Below are positions 10,100 to 18,444 of a stretch of DNA of 64,000 bases, piece by piece (the first letter of the stretch is position 1; each line of letters starts with the position of its first letter). The DNA is from an uncultured Actinomycetes bacterium (GTDB taxonomy: Bacteria; Actinomycetota; Aquicultoria; Subteraquimicrobiales; CAMTWV01): assembly GCA_947085535.1 (NCBI GenBank), contig CAMTWV010000002.1:94199-158198 (forward strand), written 5' to 3'. A program made the position numbers and the translations under genes. A model generated the notes under the pieces. The model saw nothing but the letters and a program-made list of their open reading frames with translations. It ran no database searches and was not told the DNA's origin.

Positions 10100-12196
10100 C
10101 TAAGCTTTATTTGTATCTTCTACTAGTGCAAGGCTAGTTCGGTTTGTCTTTTTATCAAATTCAATGACTTCAACGAGAATTTTATCCCCTGCTTTAACAA
10201 CATCTTCAACAGCCCTTATCCTTTGGCGTGATAGTTTAGAGATATGAACCAACCCCTCTTTCCCGGGAAATATTTCAACGAATGCGCCAAAAGCAGTTGT
10301 TTTGGTGACCGTTCCAAGATATTTTTCACCAACCGCTGGTTCTTTTATTATGCTTTCAACAATTTGTCGAGCGCGCGCTCCATTTATTACGTTTTTAGAA
10401 GCAATATAGACGGTTCCATCGTCTTCGATATCTATGGAGACCCCGGTCTCTTCAATTATGCCTCTTATTATTTTTCCTCCTGGTCCAATTAATTCACCGA
10501 TTTTATCTTTCGCCACTTTTAAAATGTAGATTTGCGGAGCGAATTCAGAAATTTTCTCTCGAGGTGTGGCAATTGCTTCATTCATTTTTTCAAGGATAAA
10601 CAGTCGGGCTCGTTTAGCCTGCTCAAGTGCTTCTTTTAGTATCTCTTTTTTGATACCGGCTATCTTTAAATCCATTTGAAGTGCGGTCACGCCTTTAGTT
10701 GTTCCAGCAACCTTAAAATCCATATCGCCAAGAGCGTCCTCCATGCCTAAAATATCAGTTAAGATAGCATGTTTGTCGCCTTCAACTACAAGACCCATGG
10801 CAATACCACCAACATTTTCCCGAATAGGAACCCCGGCATCCATTAAAGCCATACTGCCTGCGCAGACAGAAGCCATTGAGGTTGAGCCGTTAGATTCCAG
10901 AGCTTCAGCAACCAATCTAATTGTATAGGGAAATTCAACTTCATCTGGAATGAGTGGAAGCAGAGCCCTTTCCGCCAAAGCACCGTGTCCAATTTCCCGT
11001 CTCCTTGGACCACGCAACACACCAGTATCTCCTGTTGAAAAAGGTGGGAAATTATAGTGGTGTATAAATCGCTTTGACTCTTCAGTACCAATGCTGTCGA
11101 TTCTTTGTTCATCGCTTAAAGTTCCAAGCGTTACAGTGCTTAAAACTTGAGTTTGTCCCCGAGTGAAAATTGCAGAGCCATGAGGACGTGGCAAAGGATG
11201 AATCAGACACGAAATTTGCCTGATTTCATCAGTTTTCCTGCCATCAGCTCTCTTATTTTCTTCTAAAATCATTCGCCTAATTTCTTCTTTCTGAATTTTT
11301 TCCAGCGTTTGAACAATATAGCGCTCTTTTCCTTCCAGCATGGTTGTAATTCGTTCAACCGTTTCATCTTCAACTAAAGCAAGTGTTTCTTCTCGCTCCA
11401 GTTTGTCTGGATTTTTTAAGGCTTCTCTGAGTTTATCCGTTGCATGTTCGCGCACTTTATATTCAACTTCGCCCGGGATGGTAATTATTTTGGGCTCCTT
11501 TTTTTGGGTGCCAACCTGAGTTTGGAACTTTTCCTGAAAGTTAATTAACTCTACGATGTACTTATGAGCTTCTTCAAGAGCCTGCATGGTTTCTTCTTCA
11601 GATATTTCATTTAATCCGGCTTCAACCATCAGGATTCCTTCACGGTTGCCGGCAACAGTGACATCTATGTCGCTTTGTTCTAACTCTTGAAAAGTGGGGT
11701 TGACCACCCAGCGATTATCGCACCGACCTATTCGCACAGCGCCTATTGGACCTAAAAAGGGAATATCGGAAATAGAAAGCGCAGCTGAAGCACCTATTAT
11801 AGCAAGCACATCGGGTGGGTTTACCTGGTCAACTGATAAAATACTCGCTATTACTTGAACTTCATTTCGATAACCTTTAGGAAAAGATGGGCGTATCGAC
11901 CTGTCAGTTAATCGGGCGGTTAAGATTGATTTTTCACTAGGTCGCCCTTCACGCTTAATGTAGCCGCCGGGAATTTTTCCTGCAGCATACATTTTTTCTT
12001 CTACATCAACGGTTAATGGAAAAAAATCCGTACCTTCAAGTGGTTTATCTGAAGCTGTAGCTGCTGCTAAAACTACTGTGTCTTCGCATCTGACTAAGAC
12101 ACTTCCGTTTGCCTGTCGGGCAAGTATTCCTGATTCAATAGAAATAGTCTTCCCGCCCAGCAAAATTTCTTCTTTAACAGTGTTTTTTAAATACAT
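10100..12196 (-). CDS. pnp: Polyribonucleotide nucleotidyltransferase (PNPase).
   Basis: Two RNase PH domains, KH and S1 domains. 698 aa. Follows rpsO. Confidence 0.95.
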   Translation of the reverse strand: MYLKNTVKEEILLGGKTISIESGILARQANGSVLVRCEDTVVLAAATASDKPLEGTDFFPLTVDVEEKMYAAGKIPGGYIKREGRPSEKSILTARLTDRSIRPSFPKGYRNEVQVIASILSVDQVNPPDVLAIIGASAALSISDIPFLGPIGAVRIGRCDNRWVVNPTFQELEQSDIDVTVAGNREGILMVEAGLNEISEEETMQALEEAHKYIVELINFQEKFQTQVGTQKKEPKIITIPGEVEYKVREHATDKLREALKNPDKLEREETLALVEDETVERITTMLEGKERYIVQTLEKIQKEEIRRMILEENKRADGRKTDEIRQISCLIHPLPRPHGSAIFTRGQTQVLSTVTLGTLSDEQRIDSIGTEESKRFIHHYNFPPFSTGDTGVLRGPRRREIGHGALAERALLPLIPDEVEFPYTIRLVAEALESNGSTSMASVCAGSMALMDAGVPIRENVGGIAMGLVVEGDKHAILTDILGMEDALGDMDFKVAGTTKGVTALQMDLKIAGIKKEILKEALEQAKRARLFILEKMNEAIATPREKISEFAPQIYILKVAKDKIGELIGPGGKIIRGIIEETGVSIDIEDDGTVYIASKNVINGARARQIVESIIKEPAVGEKYLGTVTKTTAFGAFVEIFPGKEGLVHISKLSRQRIRAVEDVVKAGDKILVEVIEFDKKTNRTSLALVEDTNKA

Positions 12197-12229
12197 AAAA
12201 CCTCCATTTGTTTTGCGGAAACATGTTTA

Positions 12230-12499
12230 TTATCCGCGCAAACCTAATTTTTTAATTACATCATTGTATCTTTTAGGGTCGATTTTTTTGATGTAAGCCA
12301 AAAGACTTCTTCTCTGCCCCACCATTTTAAGTAATCCGTGTCTTGAGCTATTATCTTTTTTGTGGATTTTGAAGTGGCTGGCTAATTTGTCGATTTTTTT
12401 TGTGAGAATTGCAATTTGGACTTCTGGGGAACCAGTATCAGTTGTATGCAGCTTAAAATCGTTAATAATCTTTTCTTTTTCGTCCTTAGCTAAAGACAT
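12230..12499 (-). CDS. rpsO: 30S ribosomal protein S15.
   Basis: 89 aa. [29 protein letters not shown] signature. Confidence 0.95.
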   Translation of the reverse strand: MSLAKDEKEKIINDFKLHTTDTGSPEVQIAILTKKIDKLASHFKIHKKDNSSRHGLLKMVGQRRSLLAYIKKIDPKRYNDVIKKLGLRG

Positions 12500-12684
12500 T
12501 TTTTCACCTCCCCTTTTTAATCCCGCTTACCAAGAATGCGTTGGTGATTCGCGATCCCAGTGAAACGGTGAAACAGCTTGTTGCCGCTCCATTGTAAAAA
12601 ATAATGATACCATAGGTTGAAATTGATGTAAAATTCAACCAAAATAGACAAGAAAAAATAGACAAGAAATTTTTGCTATCTTTA

Positions 12685-12713
12685 TTTACAAAATTGAGTT
12701 TATAAAATATATT
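12685..12713 (+). promoter_or_regulatory. Candidate sigma-70 promoter of the HTH-peptidase-7TM operon: -35 TTTACA (12685-12690), 17 nt spacer, -10 TATATT (12708-12713).
   Basis: Hexamers and spacing read directly from the sequence. SD AAAGGAGG at 12741-12748, 7 nt before the ATG at 12753. Confidence 0.4.
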
Positions 12714-12752
12714 TAAAGTCAGTAACGAAATTAAATTAAAAGGAGGATTAAA

Positions 12753-13142
12753 ATGGCAAGTATTGACGAAAAGTTGAGATTTTTATTTACCACACATTTA
12801 AGCCCTGACGGAGATGAATACACCTACGAGGAAGTTGCTCAAGGAACCGGAGGTGTAATTTCACCAAGTTATGTCTGGAATCTCCGAAATGGGAAGAAGC
12901 TGAATCCAAGCCGGTCTAAGATGGAAATACTGGCAAAATTCTTCGATGTGTCACCTTCCTACTTCTTTGATGAGGAAGACGCTCTAAAGAAAAGCTTAAG
13001 CATTGATACAAGAATCGTGAGAGCAATTGAAGACCCAGTGGTAAGAGACATTGCTTTGCGGGCAATGGACTTAAGCGACAGAAACAAAGAGTTTATTTTA
13101 GCTATGGTTGATAAAGCGAAAGAGTTAGTTGAGGAAAAATAG
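12753..13142 (+). CDS. XRE-family helix-turn-helix transcriptional regulator (ImmR/CapH-like: HTH plus helical C-terminal extension).
   Basis: HTH_3-type core (YTYEEVAQGTGGVISPSYVWNLRNGKKLNPSRSKMEILAKFFDVS) and about 50 aa helical tail. Strong SD. Confidence 0.85.
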   Translation: MASIDEKLRFLFTTHLSPDGDEYTYEEVAQGTGGVISPSYVWNLRNGKKLNPSRSKMEILAKFFDVSPSYFFDEEDALKKSLSIDTRIVRAIEDPVVRDIALRAMDLSDRNKEFILAMVDKAKELVEEK

Positions 13143-13660
13143 TGCTCAACCAGAGCAAGCTTAGAAAAAAGGTTAATAAATTGCTAAAAGAATTGAATTT
13201 TGAAGGAAGTTTTGATTCTTTTAGGTTTGTTGAGAAACTCGGGGAGCAATTAAACTTAAAGATAAAACTCCAATCTGTTCCCATGCCGCCCGGTTTTTTT
13301 GGCTTCTGGAGTTTAATCAATGACTGTCATGTCATTCTTTATCGGGCAAATACTTCTTGGTTTCATCAGCAACAAATTATCTTCCATGAATGCGGGCATA
13401 TTTGTTTAGGCCATCATTCAGGAAGCATTGAAAAGTTTTTAAAAAGAGAAATTCTCTACTCCGAGCCCGAGGAGCAAGAAGCAGAAACTTTTGCCACACT
13501 TCTTCTATGTAATGCTATAACTCAGGGATTGACTGAGCAAGGTATTTCTCTAAGCCAATATTATAACCAAAACAGTTCTTTTTACAACGAGTGTCCCCAG
13601 GATGTAATTTCAATGCAGGATTTTATGCTTCAATTAAAAGAAGTAATGGAAATGAGGTGA
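13142..13660 (+). CDS. ImmA/IrrE-family (COG2856) zinc metallopeptidase.
   Basis: HEXXH motif in IIFHECGHICLGHH. GTG start overlaps the upstream TAG (taGTG), implying translational coupling with the HTH gene. Confidence 0.8.
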   Translation: MLNQSKLRKKVNKLLKELNFEGSFDSFRFVEKLGEQLNLKIKLQSVPMPPGFFGFWSLINDCHVILYRANTSWFHQQQIIFHECGHICLGHHSGSIEKFLKREILYSEPEEQEAETFATLLLCNAITQGLTEQGISLSQYYNQNSSFYNECPQDVISMQDFMLQLKEVMEMR

Positions 13661-13670
13661 GGTAACTCCC

Positions 13671-14960
13671 TTGCTTTATTACTTAGATTACCTTTTTCTT
13701 ATGCTCTTTTGGACTTGTACTTTGTATGCGCTTAAAGCTTATTATGTAAATCCACGTGATTCGAAGAATAAGCATGTTTTTTTGGTTTTTTTATTTGCTT
13801 CTATTGCTTTTACCTTTGCCGCACCCATTATTGCTCAAAAATTCAATAAGTTTTTGGGAATTAGCAGCATCAGTCGACCAATCGAGAATATCTCGAGCCT
13901 TATAGCTCTTTACTTTGGCTACCTTTTTTTTACGGATTTTGCTCCTAAAAAAAAGAAAAGAATTCCATGGCTTACTTTCTATCTTTTTTTGGTTACTGTA
14001 GCTCTAATTTCAATTTTTTCCCTGTTTTTGTCCAAACCTCAGCTTGAACCAATTTTTTTGGGTGAGGACACAAGAAATTTATCTGTTTTCATTTACAGTT
14101 TAGTTCTTCAGTCCCTTTTTCTCCCCCTTTTTGCTATTTATGCTTTAAATTTTTATAGATATGCTCGCCTGGTCAAAGAGCAAGCAACAAGAGTCAGACT
14201 TTATTCTTTATCGATAGGTTGTTTAATGGGCGCTTCGGGTCGCATTCTTGAACTCGTTTACTGGTTTGATATGCGGTATTTTGCTTATCTAAAGTTTTTC
14301 GGATTCTCTGCGGTTATTAGAATAATCAATTTATTTATGGTTTTATTTCTTTACGCTGGTTTTATAATGCCTGCTTTTTTAAGGAAAATTGTAGAGTCGT
14401 TTGGCGAACTGTTAGGATTGCGTCGAACTCGATATAATTTGATTTCCTTGCTTGCTTTAATTAACGACGCCCGTTCTTTTCTTCATTCTGATAATGAAAT
14501 GATTAATTATGTGCGGCGACTGTGCGAAAAATTTTTCTTAAGCTTAGAGGAGACAGCGCAGGCGGTAGAAAGTGCTCGGATAATTTCTGCTCTGGCTGGA
14601 AAAACAGATCAAAATTCAACTATGGAGTCTGCTCAGGTTTTTCATAGCGCTGCCAAGTATGCAGCGGCTGCCTTTGCTGAAGAAATTAAGTTTTATGACC
14701 AGGTTTATAAGAATATTTTGTATGCCAAGGAAAGGTATGACGGAAAGGATGCTATTTCTGACTTAAGTGGGGATAAATTACCAATGGGCTCACGCATTAT
14801 AAAAGTGGTTGATTGCTATTTCAATTCAAATCTTTTTCCCTTCGAAGCAGTCAAAGTTTTAAAGAAAGGTGCGAATAAAGAATTTGATCCCGAAGTAATA
14901 AAAGCTTTTATTGAAATACTCGAGGAAGAAAAAAACCTCAATCTCTTAAGATCTTCTTAG
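13671..14960 (+). CDS. 7-TM membrane protein with a C-terminal degenerate (non-catalytic) HD-GYP-like domain.
   Basis: Seven predicted TM helices in residues 1-240. The C-terminus aligns to the HD-GYP tail (ERYDGKDAIS...GSRIIKVVDCYFNS...EFDPEVIKAFIEIL) but the HD dyad (ALAGK instead of LHDIGK) and GYP are lost. TTG start 10 nt after the peptidase stop. Confidence 0.7.
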   Translation: MLYYLDYLFLMLFWTCTLYALKAYYVNPRDSKNKHVFLVFLFASIAFTFAAPIIAQKFNKFLGISSISRPIENISSLIALYFGYLFFTDFAPKKKKRIPWLTFYLFLVTVALISIFSLFLSKPQLEPIFLGEDTRNLSVFIYSLVLQSLFLPLFAIYALNFYRYARLVKEQATRVRLYSLSIGCLMGASGRILELVYWFDMRYFAYLKFFGFSAVIRIINLFMVLFLYAGFIMPAFLRKIVESFGELLGLRRTRYNLISLLALINDARSFLHSDNEMINYVRRLCEKFFLSLEETAQAVESARIISALAGKTDQNSTMESAQVFHSAAKYAAAAFAEEIKFYDQVYKNILYAKERYDGKDAISDLSGDKLPMGSRIIKVVDCYFNSNLFPFEAVKVLKKGANKEFDPEVIKAFIEILEEEKNLNLLRSS

Positions 14961-15864
14961 CTTTTTTAATATCTTCATGTATCTCTTCTATTAGTTGTTT
15001 CTCATCTTCAAACATTTTAATATCTCGAACTCTTTCTCTTATTTCGAGTTCAACTGGCTTTCCATATAAATTCTGGTTAAATCTAAAAATATGAGCCTCA
15101 ATGTGTCTTTTTAAGATACCAAAAGTTGGACTCTCTCCTATGTGAATAACACACGGGTTTTTTTCAGCGTTATACCAAAAAAAGCCAGCATAGACTCCTT
15201 TTTTGGGAACAGAAGCTTTATCGGGTGTTTTTATGTTAGCGGTAGGAAGTCCTAATTTTGAGTGAGCAATTCCTGTTCCTTTGATAACTTTCCCCGTAAT
15301 TCTTGGCCAGTGCCCGAGCAAACTTTTTGCTTTCTTAATATCCCCTGCTCTAATATGGTGTCTTATATTGCTGCTGCTGACCAATTCTTCCTCCAGATAC
15401 AGGAATGGTACGATTTTAGTTCCAAAACCCGTCTTTTTTTCGTAACCAATTAAGAAATCATGATCTCCTTTTGCGCCTTTTCCAAAATGAAAGTCCTCGC
15501 CTACCACTAAACTTGAGGCTTTAAGTTTTTTAAGGACTATTTCGTTAAGGAATTTTTCAGGGCTTAAGTTAGCTAACCGTTTGTTAAATTTAAGGATGAG
15601 TAAATAATCGACACCTAATTCTTCTATTAACTCTGCTTTTAAATGGGTGGCTGTCAAAATGGGGGGATGACTGCCTGGTTTAAGAACTTCGAGCGGATGA
15701 GGCTCAAAAGTAATAACAATGCTTTTGGCTCCACTTATTTTTGCAGTTTCTACCGCGGTTTTAATGATTTTTTGGTGCCCTTTATGAACACCATCAAAAA
15801 CGCCGATGGTGACAACGCTTTTTTCTATGAATGGCATGTCTTTAAGTTCTCTTATAATTTCCAT
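14938..15864 (-). CDS. ribF: Bifunctional riboflavin kinase / FMN adenylyltransferase.
   Basis: N-terminal FAD synthetase (GVFDGVHKGHQ) and C-terminal riboflavin kinase domain. 308 aa. Confidence 0.92.
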   Translation of the reverse strand: MEIIRELKDMPFIEKSVVTIGVFDGVHKGHQKIIKTAVETAKISGAKSIVITFEPHPLEVLKPGSHPPILTATHLKAELIEELGVDYLLILKFNKRLANLSPEKFLNEIVLKKLKASSLVVGEDFHFGKGAKGDHDFLIGYEKKTGFGTKIVPFLYLEEELVSSSNIRHHIRAGDIKKAKSLLGHWPRITGKVIKGTGIAHSKLGLPTANIKTPDKASVPKKGVYAGFFWYNAEKNPCVIHIGESPTFGILKRHIEAHIFRFNQNLYGKPVELEIRERVRDIKMFEDEKQLIEEIHEDIKKAKKILRD

Positions 15865-15866
15865 TT

Positions 15867-16778
15867 TTATTCGTTAAATACTCTTATGGGTTGAGCGAAA
15901 AAATGTTTTGTTTTTTTGGCAATGGCAACTAAATTCTCTTTTTCGTCGACTATTTTTAACAACTTGTTTTCAACTAACGTGGTGTGCGGTGCAATTTCAA
16001 TTATCATGTTTTCGATTAAAGCCTGCCCCTGACGGATGACTTTTGCTGCCTCATTTCCGATTTTAATGGAAGGATAAGGCAAAATCCGATTTAAGGAAAA
16101 AATGTGCTTTTTGAGTTCATTTAAATTCATTTCTTTAATTTTGTCTAAATCCATAGCTTGTTTTAAGTCAAATTCCCCTACCTTTGTTCGAGTTAACTTG
16201 CTTAAATGGCCACCACAGTCAAGTCTCTTTCCTATGTCGGCACACAGGCTTCTTATGTATGTTCCACTGGATGAGAGAACTCGAAAATCTACCCTCGGGT
16301 ACTCGCCATTCTCTATGTTTATTAATTCTAATTCATGAATCGTTACTTCTCTCTCAGGTATTGTAATCGTTGTTGCAATGCCTTTTCGTGCCAGTTTATA
16401 AAGGGGTGTTCCGTTTATTTTTATAGCGGAAACAAGAGGTGGTGTTTGTTTAATTTTCCCTCTAAATTCATCAAAAACGGTTGAAATTTTCTCGGTGGTT
16501 ATGCTTACAGGTTTTTGGGTAAGAATTTTTCCCCATTTATCCAGGGTATCAGTGGTTATTCCTAATGTTAATTGAGCAAGATATTCTTTATTCTGATTTT
16601 GCAGAAAAGGGGTAAGTTTTGTGGCTTCTCCAAGACATAAAACTAAAATTCCTGTTGCCATCGGATCTAAAGTGCCGGTATGACCTACTTTCTTAAGTTT
16701 AAATAGCTTTTTCACAATTAAAACTGCATCATGCGAAGTTATTCCGGCTGGTTTATTGATAATTAATACACCATTCAT
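15867..16778 (-). CDS. truB: tRNA pseudouridine(55) synthase.
   Basis: GHTGTLDP catalytic Asp motif. PUA-like C-terminus. Confidence 0.92.
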   Translation of the reverse strand: MNGVLIINKPAGITSHDAVLIVKKLFKLKKVGHTGTLDPMATGILVLCLGEATKLTPFLQNQNKEYLAQLTLGITTDTLDKWGKILTQKPVSITTEKISTVFDEFRGKIKQTPPLVSAIKINGTPLYKLARKGIATTITIPEREVTIHELELINIENGEYPRVDFRVLSSSGTYIRSLCADIGKRLDCGGHLSKLTRTKVGEFDLKQAMDLDKIKEMNLNELKKHIFSLNRILPYPSIKIGNEAAKVIRQGQALIENMIIEIAPHTTLVENKLLKIVDEKENLVAIAKKTKHFFAQPIRVFNE

Positions 16779-16780
16779 AT

Positions 16781-17827
16781 TTACTCTGTTTGGGTAAGCT
16801 TTTTGGTCAAATCAATTAAAATCTCAATAGTCTTTTCTTCTTTGAAGGGCGAAGAGAATCCAGCGGCGTTAGGATGTCCCCCTCCACCAAATTTTTCAGC
16901 AATTTTAATTACGTTAAATGGACCATGCGACCTCAAGCTCACCTTTATAGTTTTGTCGGGTAGCTCTTTTAAAATAGCTGCCACTTTTGTACCATTAATA
17001 CCTCTAATAATGTCGATAAAGTTTTCTGTTTCTTCCATTTTTGCGCCTGTTTGCGCGAGGTCTTTTTGGGTGATAACTGAGTAAGCAAGTCCAATTTCAG
17101 GAAGAAAGTTTAGCTTTTGAAGAGTATGCATAAGCAACTTAACACTTTCATGGGAATAATTTTCATAGACATTTTGAAAAACAAAATTAGGGGAAACACC
17201 GTATCCTAAAAGCTCTTCTGCCATTTTAAGAGTCTTTTTTGAAGTGTTTGAATACTGGAATTTGCCTGTGTCAGTAACAAGTCCTGTATAAAGACAAAGA
17301 GCAATTGAGTGGTCAATTTCCTCATTTAAATATTTAATTAAATCAAATATCACTTCTGTTGTGGCGCTAGCTTTTCCGTCAACTATGTTTATGACGCCGA
17401 ACATTTCGTTGTCTGCGTGATGATCGATGTTGACCAAGGTAATTGCACTTTTTGCTTCTTCGATGAGATTACCCAGACGCTCAATGTTAGCACAGTCTAA
17501 AGCAATGAATACTTCAGGTTTTTTAGGGCATTCGAAGTGTGGTTTTATAAGGTTTGCTCCCGGAAGAAAGGTATATTGAGGTGGGATGCGTAAAATTGGT
17601 TCACCCCAGCTTAAACAAACTTCTTTGCCCAGATTGGAGAGAAAAAGCCCCAAACCCAACAGCGAACTGATGCCATCGCCATCAGGCTGAACATGGGTGG
17701 CAACAACAAAACTGTTTGTCTTTTGAATTAAATTTGCAAATGGTTGAAAATCATTCATCAGGTGTTCCCTCGTGAATTTTTTTAAGTATTTCGGTAATTC
17801 TAATGCCGTACTCAATTGATTCATCAA
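16781..17827 (-). CDS. nrnA: DHH/DHHA1 phosphoesterase (NrnA-like nanoRNase / pAp phosphatase).
   Basis: DHH motif (NIDHHADN) and DHHA1 GGGH motif. The real start may be the internal Met (MNDFQ), which would remove the 77-nt overlap with rbfA. Confidence 0.8.
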   Translation of the reverse strand: MMNQLSTALELPKYLKKFTREHLMNDFQPFANLIQKTNSFVVATHVQPDGDGISSLLGLGLFLSNLGKEVCLSWGEPILRIPPQYTFLPGANLIKPHFECPKKPEVFIALDCANIERLGNLIEEAKSAITLVNIDHHADNEMFGVINIVDGKASATTEVIFDLIKYLNEEIDHSIALCLYTGLVTDTGKFQYSNTSKKTLKMAEELLGYGVSPNFVFQNVYENYSHESVKLLMHTLQKLNFLPEIGLAYSVITQKDLAQTGAKMEETENFIDIIRGINGTKVAAILKELPDKTIKVSLRSHGPFNVIKIAEKFGGGGHPNAAGFSSPFKEEKTIEILIDLTKKLTQTE

Positions 17828-18107
17828 TTTTAAAAGTTAGTTCAGGGAGAAATTTAATTTGCACTCTTTTTCCCAATTCATTTCGAATATGACCTTTAGC
17901 GTGCTCTATTGCTTTAAATGTTCGCGCAATTTCCTTTTCTTTTCCCATAATACTTAAATAAACGTGGGCGTTTTTCAAGTCAGGAGAAACCTCAACGCTT
18001 GTAATGGTGACAAATCCAATACGAGGGTCTTTTAGCTCTTTCTGGAAAATAGACGATATAGTTTCTCTTAGAACTTTATTAACACGAAGAGTTCTTGGAC
18101 GTCGCAT
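17751..18107 (-). CDS. rbfA: Ribosome-binding factor A.
   Basis: 118 aa, KH-like RbfA signature (ELKDPRIGFVTITSVEVSPDLKNAHVY). infB-rbfA-truB synteny. Confidence 0.9.
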   Translation of the reverse strand: MRRPRTLRVNKVLRETISSIFQKELKDPRIGFVTITSVEVSPDLKNAHVYLSIMGKEKEIARTFKAIEHAKGHIRNELGKRVQIKFLPELTFKIDESIEYGIRITEILKKIHEGTPDE

Positions 18108-18123
18108 ATCAGTTCCTTTCTTC

Positions 18124-18441
18124 TTAGTCAGGAGTCATGATTGAGACATTTGTTTTTAAGATGCTTACTGAATGCATTTGTTCAATAAAACGTTCAATGG
18201 TGTGAAGTGTTCTTTTTGCTTGAAAACTCGACTGGCTGATGCAAGCAATTCCTATTGTTGCTCTTTGCCAGAGGTCGTGATGGTCAACCTCATTTACTGC
18301 CGCATTAAATTGGTTTTTAACTTTATTTATGAGACTTTTAATTACCCGTCTTTTTTCTTTAAGGGAGTTGCAGCCGGGTATAAGCAAATCTAATTTCATT
18401 AAACCCACTACCATACAAACTCCTGATTCGATCGTAAGCAA
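18124..18441 (-). CDS. DUF503 (YlxP-like) protein.
   Basis: Conserved small ORF between infB and rbfA, as ylxP is in Bacillus. Confidence 0.7.
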   Translation of the reverse strand: MLTIESGVCMVVGLMKLDLLIPGCNSLKEKRRVIKSLINKVKNQFNAAVNEVDHHDLWQRATIGIACISQSSFQAKRTLHTIERFIEQMHSVSILKTNVSIMTPD

Positions 18442-18444
18442 AAC

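Noticed and set aside
12197-12229. Rho-independent terminator between rpsO and pnp
   Set aside because: The hairpin (gcgg...ccgc) is short and is followed by an A-rich, not U-rich, tract on the coding strand. It is more likely part of the pnp leader processing structure, so it is not called.
12600-14960. Three-gene insertion as a prophage or ICE remnant (ImmR/ImmA-like pair)
   Set aside because: No integrase, att-like direct repeats, tRNA target or phage structural/replication genes flank it, and GC content is not visibly different. It is kept as a finding but not called a mobile element.
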